Source of the DNA: Eubacteriales bacterium
GTDB lineage: Bacteria > Bacillota > Clostridia > Oscillospirales > CAG-272
Direction of reading: 5' to 3'
Assembly (NCBI GenBank): GCA_045543615.1
Contig: JAZPXL010000018.1
Location: 19,837 to 83,836, forward strand
Length of the DNA stretch: 64,000 bases
Shown: positions 38,570-46,784 of the stretch, one piece after another
How the letters are laid out: each line of letters opens with the position of its first letter
Numbering within the stretch: position 1 is the first letter of the stretch
The notes under the pieces: generated by a model
Databases searched by the model: none
What the model was told of the DNA's origin: nothing
Seen by the model: only the letters and a program-made list of their open reading frames with translations
Program-made: the position numbers and the translations under genes

Positions 38570-39954
38570 TGTTGAAAATATCTTCTCATAATCTCACACT
38601 CGCAAACCTCATCAAGTGAAAACCCTAACGACTCTCTGAGTTCCAAGAGCGCATCTTCCCTTGAAAGATTTTTGTTTCTGCTTGCAATTGCAATTTCAAG
38701 TGCGCTGAATGGTATCATAGCACTTCTCATATTATAGAATCTCATAAATTGAGAATACTCCTTGCATTTCTCAATTTGACAGCTTGTGTGCAAGCCCTTA
38801 TCGGTCTGCACGGGCTCAACCCAGCCACATTCATTTATAATTATATCCTTTATTTGCCTCCAATCGTATACGCCTCCGCTTATCTCGTCAAGATCAACCT
38901 GAACGAAAGCAGGAATATTACCCGTTAGTGAAGACGAGCGGATTGCTGTTTTGAGCGGGCTTACTATGGAAGGTACTTGGCTAATCGCCACGCAAACATT
39001 ATGTATCAGCTCGTTAGGATAGCCCGCAAGGTCTTTTAGCTTATTGTCTCCGTATGCAAGCTGCTTCATTGTTGTAAGCGTGTGAAACTGCCCTCTTTTA
39101 AGTGGAGGGTGTAAAGTCAAAACTCGCCCTATATTTATTAGCAAATTCAACGCCTTGTTATCATAAAAGCTGTATGCTAGCCTTGGTGCCATATGGTTGT
39201 AATACAGTCCCAGCATTTGCGCAGGCTCGTTACCTGCAACAAAATAAGGCACTTTGTTTGCAACAAGCTCCGGGTAAAACAAAACATAGGCAAGCGATGG
39301 GCAAGCACAGGTATTTTCGTTTAGTTCATATAGCTTTTTGTATATGGTGCGCAAATCATTATTTGATACACGCCGTGTTATGAATTCAACTGTGTCAAAT
39401 GCATTCTTGGCGTTCTCGATGCTCTTTTTTGCGCATTCCGACATATAAGGTATTTCCCAGGTCAGAGCAAGAACTCGAAGCTTTTGAACCACCGAAAGAT
39501 AGTAAAGCAAATACGTCGAATCCTTGCCACCAGTATAAAATACAGCCACATCAAATCTCGACTTCTTTGAGTGTGGGAAGGTGTTCATAATCGGGACAAT
39601 GCTCTTTAGATCCCTGACGCTATCTGCAGACTGACAGATTGGACACAGTCCATCAGAATCAAATTCAATCCCCGGGATCATAAAATCGTTAGCTATGCAA
39701 GACCTGCAAAAAGTTGCTTCATCAAGTGAATTCGGCACCCTTCTCTTTTCCCGAACATCAACAATTTGCTCACCAACAAGAGATCCTAACACCTCAAGTT
39801 CGCGCTCCAAAAGTTCGCACGGCAACTTTTTAATTATGTCAATTTGCTTTGGTGTGAGCTTGCAAATATTTTTGAACATATATGGCTTATTTCTAAGTCC
39901 GTAATACCTCAAAAGCTTTCCCTCAAGCCTCCACCTACTCTGTATATCGTACAT
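38566..39954 (-). CDS. PP-loop (N-type ATP pyrophosphatase) protein of unknown function with Cys-rich N-terminal motif
   Basis: CxxC..N....PGIEFD..G.CxxC followed by YTGGKDS; C-terminal HTSC.IE; start after GAGG. Confidence 0.75.
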   Translation of the reverse strand: MYDIQSRWRLEGKLLRYYGLRNKPYMFKNICKLTPKQIDIIKKLPCELLERELEVLGSLVGEQIVDVREKRRVPNSLDEATFCRSCIANDFMIPGIEFDSDGLCPICQSADSVRDLKSIVPIMNTFPHSKKSRFDVAVFYTGGKDSTYLLYYLSVVQKLRVLALTWEIPYMSECAKKSIENAKNAFDTVEFITRRVSNNDLRTIYKKLYELNENTCACPSLAYVLFYPELVANKVPYFVAGNEPAQMLGLYYNHMAPRLAYSFYDNKALNLLINIGRVLTLHPPLKRGQFHTLTTMKQLAYGDNKLKDLAGYPNELIHNVCVAISQVPSIVSPLKTAIRSSSLTGNIPAFVQVDLDEISGGVYDWRQIKDIIINECGWVEPVQTDKGLHTSCQIEKCKEYSQFMRFYNMRSAMIPFSALEIAIASRNKNLSREDALLELRESLGFSLDEVCECEIMRRYFQQ

Positions 39955-39998
39955 AGGAAACCTCATAAACAAATCAAGTTCACAGCATTTTTCGCCAC

Positions 39999-40829
39999 TT
40001 AAAACTCATAAAAAACCGCTCTTTCGTAGCCTTTTTTATTTGGAGCGTGCAGTGAGATCATTCTCTTTCCATCAAGAGTGTAAAACAACATAGCGTGTCC
40101 ACCGTCAAAATCAAACTTGCTTCCACTATGAGTCCACTTACCTTTGATAGAATTACTTTCAGCTCCCAAAACAAGGTACCTGCCCTTGTAAAAGCTCGAC
40201 CATATCATTTTTAGTTTCCCGTCCTCACGATAGAAAAAAGGCCCATCTGTCACAAAATTTCCCGAATTGTTGTTGTCGCTAACTCCCGGATTATCGGTTG
40301 CTTTAAAAAGCATAAAAGGGGTACCGACAGGACTTGAGAGATCTTCAGCAAGCTCAACTGCCCAGATCTCACCATTTTTGACTTGAAGCCATTCGTGGCA
40401 AAATACCATATACGGCACGCCATCCTCTACCAGAAGCGTTCCGTCAAGACATTCCCAATCTAACGGAGTCGCGGGCTTTTCAGATACGGGAACAAATTCG
40501 CCATCGGGAGTGTCGCAGACAAATATTTGTGTTGCTCTGCATTTTCCCTCAGCCTTACAGCTTCCAAACAAATAGTATCTTCCGTTATATTTATGTACCT
40601 CAGGTGCCCAGAAATCTCTGTCAGCCCAAAAGCCTTGTTTCTTTGCATCAAATATTACCTTTGGAGGTTCAAAGTTTTCAAGATCGTAACTTTTGCAAAC
40701 TGAAAATGTAGCCTCAGTTGCATACGAAAATGGCACCAGATCAATAGTTCCGTACATATAGTAACAGCCCTCTTCGGTATCGGTAAGAATAAAAGGATCT
40801 CTTATTCTGAGTTCACTTCTGCTAATCAT
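39999..40829 (-). CDS. Glycoside hydrolase family 43
   Basis: IRDPFIL, FWAPEVH, CLDG, VTDGP and GGHAM. Confidence 0.88.
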   Translation of the reverse strand: MISRSELRIRDPFILTDTEEGCYYMYGTIDLVPFSYATEATFSVCKSYDLENFEPPKVIFDAKKQGFWADRDFWAPEVHKYNGRYYLFGSCKAEGKCRATQIFVCDTPDGEFVPVSEKPATPLDWECLDGTLLVEDGVPYMVFCHEWLQVKNGEIWAVELAEDLSSPVGTPFMLFKATDNPGVSDNNNSGNFVTDGPFFYREDGKLKMIWSSFYKGRYLVLGAESNSIKGKWTHSGSKFDFDGGHAMLFYTLDGKRMISLHAPNKKGYERAVFYEF

Positions 40830-40856
40830 TTGCTGTTCTCCTTTGCTTAAAGCTTT

Positions 40857-41687
40857 TTATGTAGATGATTTCTTTGAGCGTTGGATCAGCTCAATGATTT
40901 TCTTTATTGCCATAACCAAAAGAATTATGATATAGGCAGCGGCACTGAAGCCCAGGAAATAAATAAACAAGCACCAGGGATATGGTACTATACCCTGAAT
41001 TATAGAATAAACAGGCAGGGATGGTTCAAAATGAGGGCTTATGAAGAACATATTGAATACCTCACCTTCTGCCAAGATGCCGGAAGCAAATATTACCTCA
41101 TTGAGCAGAACTGCGCATATTACAGCTGTTGCGAACACTGCCATAGCCTTCAGGATAGTTCTATGTAAGCTCTTTACATATCCCGAATACCAAAGGTATA
41201 TCCCTACGCTTATCATTGTACCGTGGCATATCATTGTTTGAATGTTGATGCCGATAGTCTCAATAAAAACGGTAGTTGGGTAAAACATAACGCATATTCC
41301 GCCGAACATCGCATATGTAGCAAGAAACGCCATAAGCGCATCGTGTACCTTACCACGACGGAATATTCCTGTGAGGAGTCCTACATACATAGGCATAGAA
41401 CAGAACTGGAACGGGAAAGCGTACCATTGATAATCCGTGGCTATACCCTCTGCATTGGGAATGAATGTATAGTTAATTTGCTTATAAATTTCAAGGACAG
41501 TAACAACAATAGCAACAATAAGCACTACAAGACGAACCCTGCGATCATCACCTTTTTTATGTGTCACGCAAAGTACAATTCCAAAAATGATTGATAAGGA
41601 AAACCATAAAAGGTGAAACCAACCATAAGGCTGTGGCGTTGTCATAGACGAATTCAAAAACTCCAAAATGCTTTTCAAAACTGTCAT
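40857..41687 (-). CDS. YwaF-family integral membrane protein
   Basis: Multi-TM; YGWFH, EIYKQ, PFQFCS, H and FN.FFISP. Confidence 0.8.
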   Translation of the reverse strand: MTVLKSILEFLNSSMTTPQPYGWFHLLWFSLSIIFGIVLCVTHKKGDDRRVRLVVLIVAIVVTVLEIYKQINYTFIPNAEGIATDYQWYAFPFQFCSMPMYVGLLTGIFRRGKVHDALMAFLATYAMFGGICVMFYPTTVFIETIGINIQTMICHGTMISVGIYLWYSGYVKSLHRTILKAMAVFATAVICAVLLNEVIFASGILAEGEVFNMFFISPHFEPSLPVYSIIQGIVPYPWCLFIYFLGFSAAAYIIILLVMAIKKIIELIQRSKKSST

Positions 41688-41792
41688 TTTCTAATGCTCC
41701 TTTGATGTTTAAACTTCTGAAAATAAAAACTTTGAAACAAAAATGATTGCGTTTTAGGAATTTCTTTTATATTTGTATTTGCATTTGCAAAT

Positions 41793-42035
41793 TCATTTTA
41801 CTTTTCTTTGTGTTATGCTTTTTATAAACCGAACAATTGCGCTGACAATTGCAACCAATACGCAAAGGACAACTATTCCAAGCAAAACTATTGTGTCTCC
41901 ATCAATCTGCGGTGAATCAATTCTCACTCCAAACAGGTAAAAAACAAGTGCGCCAATGCCAAACAGTATGGCAACAATCGCAAGCTCAAGCAAGCCCTCA
42001 ATAAGCGCCTTGCCGGTTTTCTTTCCATTTTTCAT
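41793..42035 (-). CDS. Small two-TM hypothetical protein
   Basis: 80 aa with two hydrophobic helices; GGAGG RBS. Confidence 0.7.
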   Translation of the reverse strand: MKNGKKTGKALIEGLLELAIVAILFGIGALVFYLFGVRIDSPQIDGDTIVLLGIVVLCVLVAIVSAIVRFIKSITQRKVK

Positions 42036-42094
42036 ATCCTATCCCTCCCGACAATTCCTCATACTTATCATCAAACAATAGCAAAAACTCGTTT

Positions 42095-42370
42095 TTATAA
42101 AACCGAATTACCAAACCAACACTTTTTCATTGCTTCCAAGAAATCTTTAGTTATAGGATATCCACTACTTTCGCCTATTACAGAATCAACTCCACAAAAT
42201 GGGCAGAGTGCCGTTTTGCTTCTGTCTTGTATCCAGTCCGTAATCTTCGTTGGTGAAAAAATCTGCAGGCAATAAAAGCATCCGCAAACGGAGTCATTTT
42301 GCAAGATTTCTTGGTTGTTTATACTATACTTGTGCGCTTCAAGCACAGAGTAAGAATTATTCATAATCAT
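42095..42370 (-). CDS. Small Cys-rich hypothetical protein
   Basis: CGCFYC...TALCPFCGVDSVIG; GGAG RBS. Confidence 0.75.
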   Translation of the reverse strand: MIMNNSYSVLEAHKYSINNQEILQNDSVCGCFYCLQIFSPTKITDWIQDRSKTALCPFCGVDSVIGESSGYPITKDFLEAMKKCWFGNSVL

Positions 42371-42424
42371 TCTCCAATAACAATTATTATGTTCAAATCA
42401 AGAAATACGTTGGTAAAAAGCGAT

Positions 42425-43114
42425 TTATGCAATCTCAATCTGCCAAAAAATCTTTTTGCACTTGATATATGGCTCACCTATTTCGATGTCATAATCACAG
42501 CCATCGATCCAACTACCAAAACCGTCCAATACTCTGAACAAAAAGCCTTCTTCTGTCAGCTTGATTTCAGAATCCAATATCTGACCGACTTTTCCCTTGA
42601 AATCTGCTTCAACAACTCCCTCAAAAGTCACAGTAATGTAGCAATCCCAAGTTGTATCAATGCGTACTACGATACTATTTCCGTTCTCCACATACTCACT
42701 TATAAGAGAATCGTGAAAACCAAATGTCAAGCTCTGGAGATCGGCGATCTCTCTATCGTTTTTCAATTCAAACAACTTTGGAACACTTATGCGTTTGCAA
42801 TAGTCCTTAAATAAAGGGAAATCTTCTATCTTTGCGCCTTTTTTTGAACTAAGTGCTGTCAAAAGTGTTTTATCCCTTATCACCCAATCAAATCCGACAA
42901 AGTCTCCACCACTTGTATCAAAATCATTTTCAAGCACAAATACATTTCTGTGAAGCCCATCAAATACTTTTGTGTACCATATTTTTATTTTTATGATTTT
43001 CTTAAACGTTTCATCAAAGGCGATCACCTCGGAATCCCAACCTGCATATTTCAAAGCAAATATAGGTGACACATAGGTCGAACCGTCTTTGTTTTTTACA
43101 ATTCCATAAGTCAC
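42425..43114 (-). CDS. Hypothetical protein (cassette cargo 2)
   Basis: 229-aa ORF with GTG start after GAAAGGAG in the repeated leader; C-terminal FHDS.I...I.FEGV segment. Confidence 0.75.
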   Translation of the reverse strand: MTYGIVKNKDGSTYVSPIFALKYAGWDSEVIAFDETFKKIIKIKIWYTKVFDGLHRNVFVLENDFDTSGGDFVGFDWVIRDKTLLTALSSKKGAKIEDFPLFKDYCKRISVPKLFELKNDREIADLQSLTFGFHDSLISEYVENGNSIVVRIDTTWDCYITVTFEGVVEADFKGKVGQILDSEIKLTEEGFLFRVLDGFGSWIDGCDYDIEIGEPYIKCKKIFWQIEIA

Positions 43115-43122
43115 TTTGGGTA

Positions 43123-43339
43123 ATCTCCTTTCGATATGTTATACCAAACAGATGTAAATTGAAATTTCGAGTTTCGCTCGAAATCATTATTTGTCCCAAC
43201 GCAACTTGGGGCATTTTTTGTTTTTGAACACCAATTTTTCGAATTTTTATTTCTAAATCGTTCAAAACGACTTGATTTTGCCTATTTTAAGCCGATTTTG
43301 GCTCATTTTCGTGTCAGACAAACGACACTCTCGACGTGT
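43123..43339 (-). repeat. Repeat copy B: duplicated rlmD 3' end (43301-43339) plus structured leader and RBS
   Basis: 33/39 identity to 43873-43911; ATCTCCTTTCGATATGTTATA, AAACAGATGTAAAT and two hairpins shared with 43705-43825. Confidence 0.9.
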
Positions 43340-43399
43340 GTCAAGACTCCAAAAGGTCTCAAAATAGTCGAAAAACGGGGGGTGTAATACCTTAAAGTC

Positions 43400-43702
43400 T
43401 CACTTTTCGATTCGCAGTTTTTTATGTTCACGGATTTTTTTCACAACATTATCAGAAAAAGACCAAATATGATACTTGCCTATACCGCTTTCATTTGCCA
43501 AAAAGAAAACAGTTTTTTCTTTTTCCGTCACAGCGAAAATATGCGAAAATGTAGGGTTTGCGCCTTGGATTGTTTTCCCGAAGGGCAAGATAATTGGACG
43601 CAGCAAGCACTTCCATTCAAATCGCATAATCTTTATACCATCAATTTCTAAATCTCCACCTAGCGGATAGTAACCTAAATAGATTGCTTTGGCTAACATC
43701 AA
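43400..43702 (-). CDS. Hypothetical protein (cassette cargo 1)
   Basis: About 100-aa ORF directly after the GAAAGGAG RBS of the repeated leader. Confidence 0.7.
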   Translation of the reverse strand: MMLAKAIYLGYYPLGGDLEIDGIKIMRFEWKCLLRPIILPFGKTIQGANPTFSHIFAVTEKEKTVFFLANESGIGKYHIWSFSDNVVKKIREHKKLRIEK

Positions 43703-43704
43703 TT

Positions 43705-43911
43705 ATCTCCTTTCGATATGTTATATTAAACAGATGTAAATAAGGGTTTTGAGTTTTGCTCGAAACTCTCTTTTGTCCCAAGGCAAAATTGGGGCATTTT
43801 TAAATTTTTAACACCGATTTTTTAAAAAACCACTCAAAAAGGCTGAAAAATACCCATTTTAGGGTCAAAATCGCTCATTTTCTCATCAGACAAACTAAAC
43901 TTTCGACGTGT
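43705..43911 (-). repeat. Repeat copy A: functional rlmD 3' end plus structured leader and RBS
   Basis: Diverged direct repeat of 43123-43339. Confidence 0.9.
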
Positions 43912-45320
43912 CCTGTACCGGGAAAAAGATCTACCGGCTGGACTTCGCCAATGCTCCAACCAAGTGAACGCATATATGCGCAGTCTCTTGCAAGCGTTGC
44001 AGGGTTGCAAGAAATATATACTATTTTTTCGATTTTTGTGCTTCTACCGTCCTCGCCGTTCGATGATGCGTTTGTAATCGCATCAAGAAGCTGTTCGGTG
44101 CATCCCTTTCTCGGTGGATCGACTATAACGACATCCGGAAGCTCTGCATCAGCTTTATTCAACAGCTCAATCACTCCCTCACCGGAGTCAGCGCACACGA
44201 ATGTTGCATTCGCAAGTCCACTTGCTTTTGCATTACGCCTTGCGCATTCTACTGCCTCGGGTACAATTTCAACACCTATTATTCTCCGAGTCTTATTTGC
44301 CATAGAAAGACCAACTGTGCCAATTCCGCAATAAAGGTCATACAAATGCTCGCTTCCACTAAGAGAGGCGAGATTTGCGGCCTTTCTGCAAAGCAACTCT
44401 GCTGCGTCGTGGTTGACTTGATAAAATGCCGCAGGCGAGATTTCAAGTCGCACGCCACAAAAAGTATCAAATATTTCGCTTCTGCCCGACACAGTTCTGT
44501 ACTTGTCTCCGAGAATTACATTTGTGTTTCTTGTATTGGTGTTAATCGTCACCCCTACAACACACGGAAAAGCTTGCATTATCTCGCTTGCGATTTCCGC
44601 CTCTCCCGGAAGCTCGTCTCCGTTTATAACAAAACACACAGAGATTTCAGGATCATCACCACTTGATGTGCGAAGATATAGATGGCGCAAGAGTCCCTCG
44701 CCACTCTCCTCACAGTAAACGCTAAGCTGTCTTTTCTCTGCAAGCGCACACACAAATTCAACAATGTCACCAAATATTTCGGGCTGAAGTGCGCATCTCT
44801 CAACGCTTGCAATACGATGTGTTCCGCTTGCATAAAAGCCTGCACGGACGTGACCATTCATCAACGCAAACCTATATTGACCTTTGTTTCTGTAAGCAGA
44901 AATAACAGCGTTCCCGTTTTCGTCCTTTACATAATCAACAGGCAGAACAACCACATCGCCAAGCCCACATTTTTCAAATTCGCTCTCTACGTTTTGTCTC
45001 TTAAGTTCAAGCTCGTGTGTGTATTTTATGTACCTGTAAGCGCAACCCCCACAGGTAGAGGGAGCTGTGCACTTACGGGTATTGTCACGAAGAGGAGACT
45101 CTGTAATTACTTTACAAAGTCTGCCGACACAATAAGTTTTTGTGACTTTTATGATTTTTGCTTCAATTTTCTCGCCACTGACGCTACCTGAGACAAAGCA
45201 GACAACTCCATCCTCTGTGCGACCGACGCCAAAGCCGAGATTGCTGACAGCCGTAATATCAAGAACAACTATATCATTCTTCTTGGGCAGTACAGCTCTG
45301 TTTTTCTTTTTATCAGACAT
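43875..45320 (-). CDS. rlmD: 23S rRNA (uracil-5)-methyltransferase
   Basis: TRAM domain, CGGC Fe-S motif, FYQVN, DLYCGIG, VDPPRKG, YISCNPATLARD and DLFPGTGHVE. Confidence 0.95.
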   Translation of the reverse strand: MSDKKKNRAVLPKKNDIVVLDITAVSNLGFGVGRTEDGVVCFVSGSVSGEKIEAKIIKVTKTYCVGRLCKVITESPLRDNTRKCTAPSTCGGCAYRYIKYTHELELKRQNVESEFEKCGLGDVVVLPVDYVKDENGNAVISAYRNKGQYRFALMNGHVRAGFYASGTHRIASVERCALQPEIFGDIVEFVCALAEKRQLSVYCEESGEGLLRHLYLRTSSGDDPEISVCFVINGDELPGEAEIASEIMQAFPCVVGVTINTNTRNTNVILGDKYRTVSGRSEIFDTFCGVRLEISPAAFYQVNHDAAELLCRKAANLASLSGSEHLYDLYCGIGTVGLSMANKTRRIIGVEIVPEAVECARRNAKASGLANATFVCADSGEGVIELLNKADAELPDVVIVDPPRKGCTEQLLDAITNASSNGEDGRSTKIEKIVYISCNPATLARDCAYMRSLGWSIGEVQPVDLFPGTGHVESLVCLMRK

Positions 45321-45990
45321 AATACTCCCTACCGTCCTCAAGGCAGAGACAAGCAAGTCTTCCACCACGGGATGCACCACAATCTATTGCTATATATCCG
45401 TCACCGTGATATATATCGCCATCGCCCTCAAAATACACATTTGTCGGAAGATGACCACATACAACAGTATAGCCATCAATTTTTCTTGTGCAATCGTCCT
45501 CGCAGAACGCTGATTCCTCATACTCGTCAAGCTCAACATCTGCGCTATAATCCTTTATTCCCGAATGAAGCAAGAGGTAATCAGTATCATCAATTGTCAT
45601 CACCTCGTATGTTGGCAGGTCTGACAAATACTCAATTACTCCCTCGCGCATATCCTTTTCAAGAGAGCGAAAAGCATTGAGTGTAACCGCGCCACCTTTA
45701 CTCATCCACTCGTTCATTTTTGCAATATACTCCTCATCGGGAGCAGATCCGCTTGCAAGCATATTTTCAAAGCCCTCAAGCATTTGGAGAGCTAATCTGT
45801 CGTGCTCACCGGCAATAGCCCAGACATTATCTCTGAAGGAGAGATCGCAAAGGAGTTCTACGGAGTCCTCGCCATAATCAACGATATCACCGAGAACAAA
45901 CATTACATCATCTTTAGAAAAGTTAATTGTATCAAGAAGCTCAGAGAACTCCTTGAGTGCGCCGTGAAGATTTGAAACAACATAAGTCAT
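45313..45990 (-). CDS. Calcineurin-like metallophosphoesterase (PrpA-like), variant motifs
   Basis: SNLHG, GDIVD.G, GEHD, HSG, GH.P and IDCG. Confidence 0.8.
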   Translation of the reverse strand: MTYVVSNLHGALKEFSELLDTINFSKDDVMFVLGDIVDYGEDSVELLCDLSFRDNVWAIAGEHDRLALQMLEGFENMLASGSAPDEEYIAKMNEWMSKGGAVTLNAFRSLEKDMREGVIEYLSDLPTYEVMTIDDTDYLLLHSGIKDYSADVELDEYEESAFCEDDCTRKIDGYTVVCGHLPTNVYFEGDGDIYHGDGYIAIDCGASRGGRLACLCLEDGREYYV

Positions 45991-46007
45991 AATAACACCT
46001 CCAAATA

Positions 46008-46784
46008 TTATAGTACACGCGATGGATCGCAAGGTAATATGTCAATTACAATCTCACCCACAATGTCTGAAACCATCTCTGCCAGACGAGCACAGACTAT
46101 TGCTTCTGTATGATAATGCCCTGCTTCTACAAGGCAAATTCCACGTCCACCCTCAACAGCAGCGTATCCGAATGCGTGGTGCTTAAACTCGCCGCCAACA
46201 AGAGCGTCAGCTCCTGCCGCCACTGCACCTGCAAGCTCATCCGAAGCTGCGCCACCAACAACAGCAACGGTTTTTATCATTCTTGGCTCTGTAAATTCGG
46301 TATATCTTACTCTGGGAGCTTCAAGCGCAGCAGAAACAAACAAAGCAAATTCTCTTTCGGTCATCTCTTGTGAAAGCTCACCAACCCTGCCGAGTCCTGC
46401 AATTTCAGGATCGTCAAATGGTCTGATGTTCCCGAGTCCAAGCCTTTTTGCAAGAGCATCGTTAACGCCACCCTTTGCTCTATCGAGCCTGATGTGGAAC
46501 GAAAACGAAGCAACACCGGAATCTAAAAGCTTATTATACCACACCTCGGGTGGTGTGTTCGGAACAGGCTCACCCCAAAACAAAGGATGATGAGTAACAA
46601 GCAAATCGTACTTGCCACTTATAGCTTTATTAACTGCTTTTTCATAAGGATCGAGAGCTATAAGAACTCTGTTCACCTCTCTGTCAGGAAACGGCATTGT
46701 ATGGACTCCATCGCTGTCAATCCCCTCAACATCAAGAGGAGGCAGAAGTCGCTCGAGTTCTTTATATAAATCTTTAATTGTCAT
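46008..46784 (-). CDS. Nif3-like dinuclear metal centre protein
   Basis: D..G, THHP, H..LD, GVND.LA, GLGRVG and AGHY.TE. Confidence 0.9.
   Translation of the reverse strand: MTIKDLYKELERLLPPLDVEGIDSDGVHTMPFPDREVNRVLIALDPYEKAVNKAISGKYDLLVTHHPLFWGEPVPNTPPEVWYNKLLDSGVASFSFHIRLDRAKGGVNDALAKRLGLGNIRPFDDPEIAGLGRVGELSQEMTEREFALFVSAALEAPRVRYTEFTEPRMIKTVAVVGGAASDELAGAVAAGADALVGGEFKHHAFGYAAVEGGRGICLVEAGHYHTEAIVCARLAEMVSDIVGEIVIDILPCDPSRVL

Larger units (their letters stand above)
43340..43911 (-). mobile_element. Putative 572-bp non-autonomous cassette integrated at the rlmD 3' end
   Basis: Bounded by direct repeats of the rlmD HVES...K* coding end; contains leader, one ORF and a 60-bp tail; no recombinase. 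Confidence 0.65.

Noticed and set aside
41770..41793. Short tandem ATTTG(T/C) repeat
   Set aside because: Three 6-bp units in AT-rich intergenic DNA; no further support.
39969..42402. Shared 9-mer CAAATCAAG just upstream of two accessory genes (about 39970 and 42394) as a possible cassette junction motif
   Set aside because: Short, AT-rich and not found at the other junctions; cannot be distinguished from chance without comparative data.
43014..43265. 83-aa ORF in the track spanning leader copy B
   Set aside because: It runs across the repeated non-coding leader and overlaps the start of the 229-aa gene, has no RBS, and has no counterpart in the track for copy A.
43123..43911. Two spaced repeats considered as a CRISPR array
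   Set aside because: Only two copies, about 200 bp long, diverged and separated by a gene; no cas genes.
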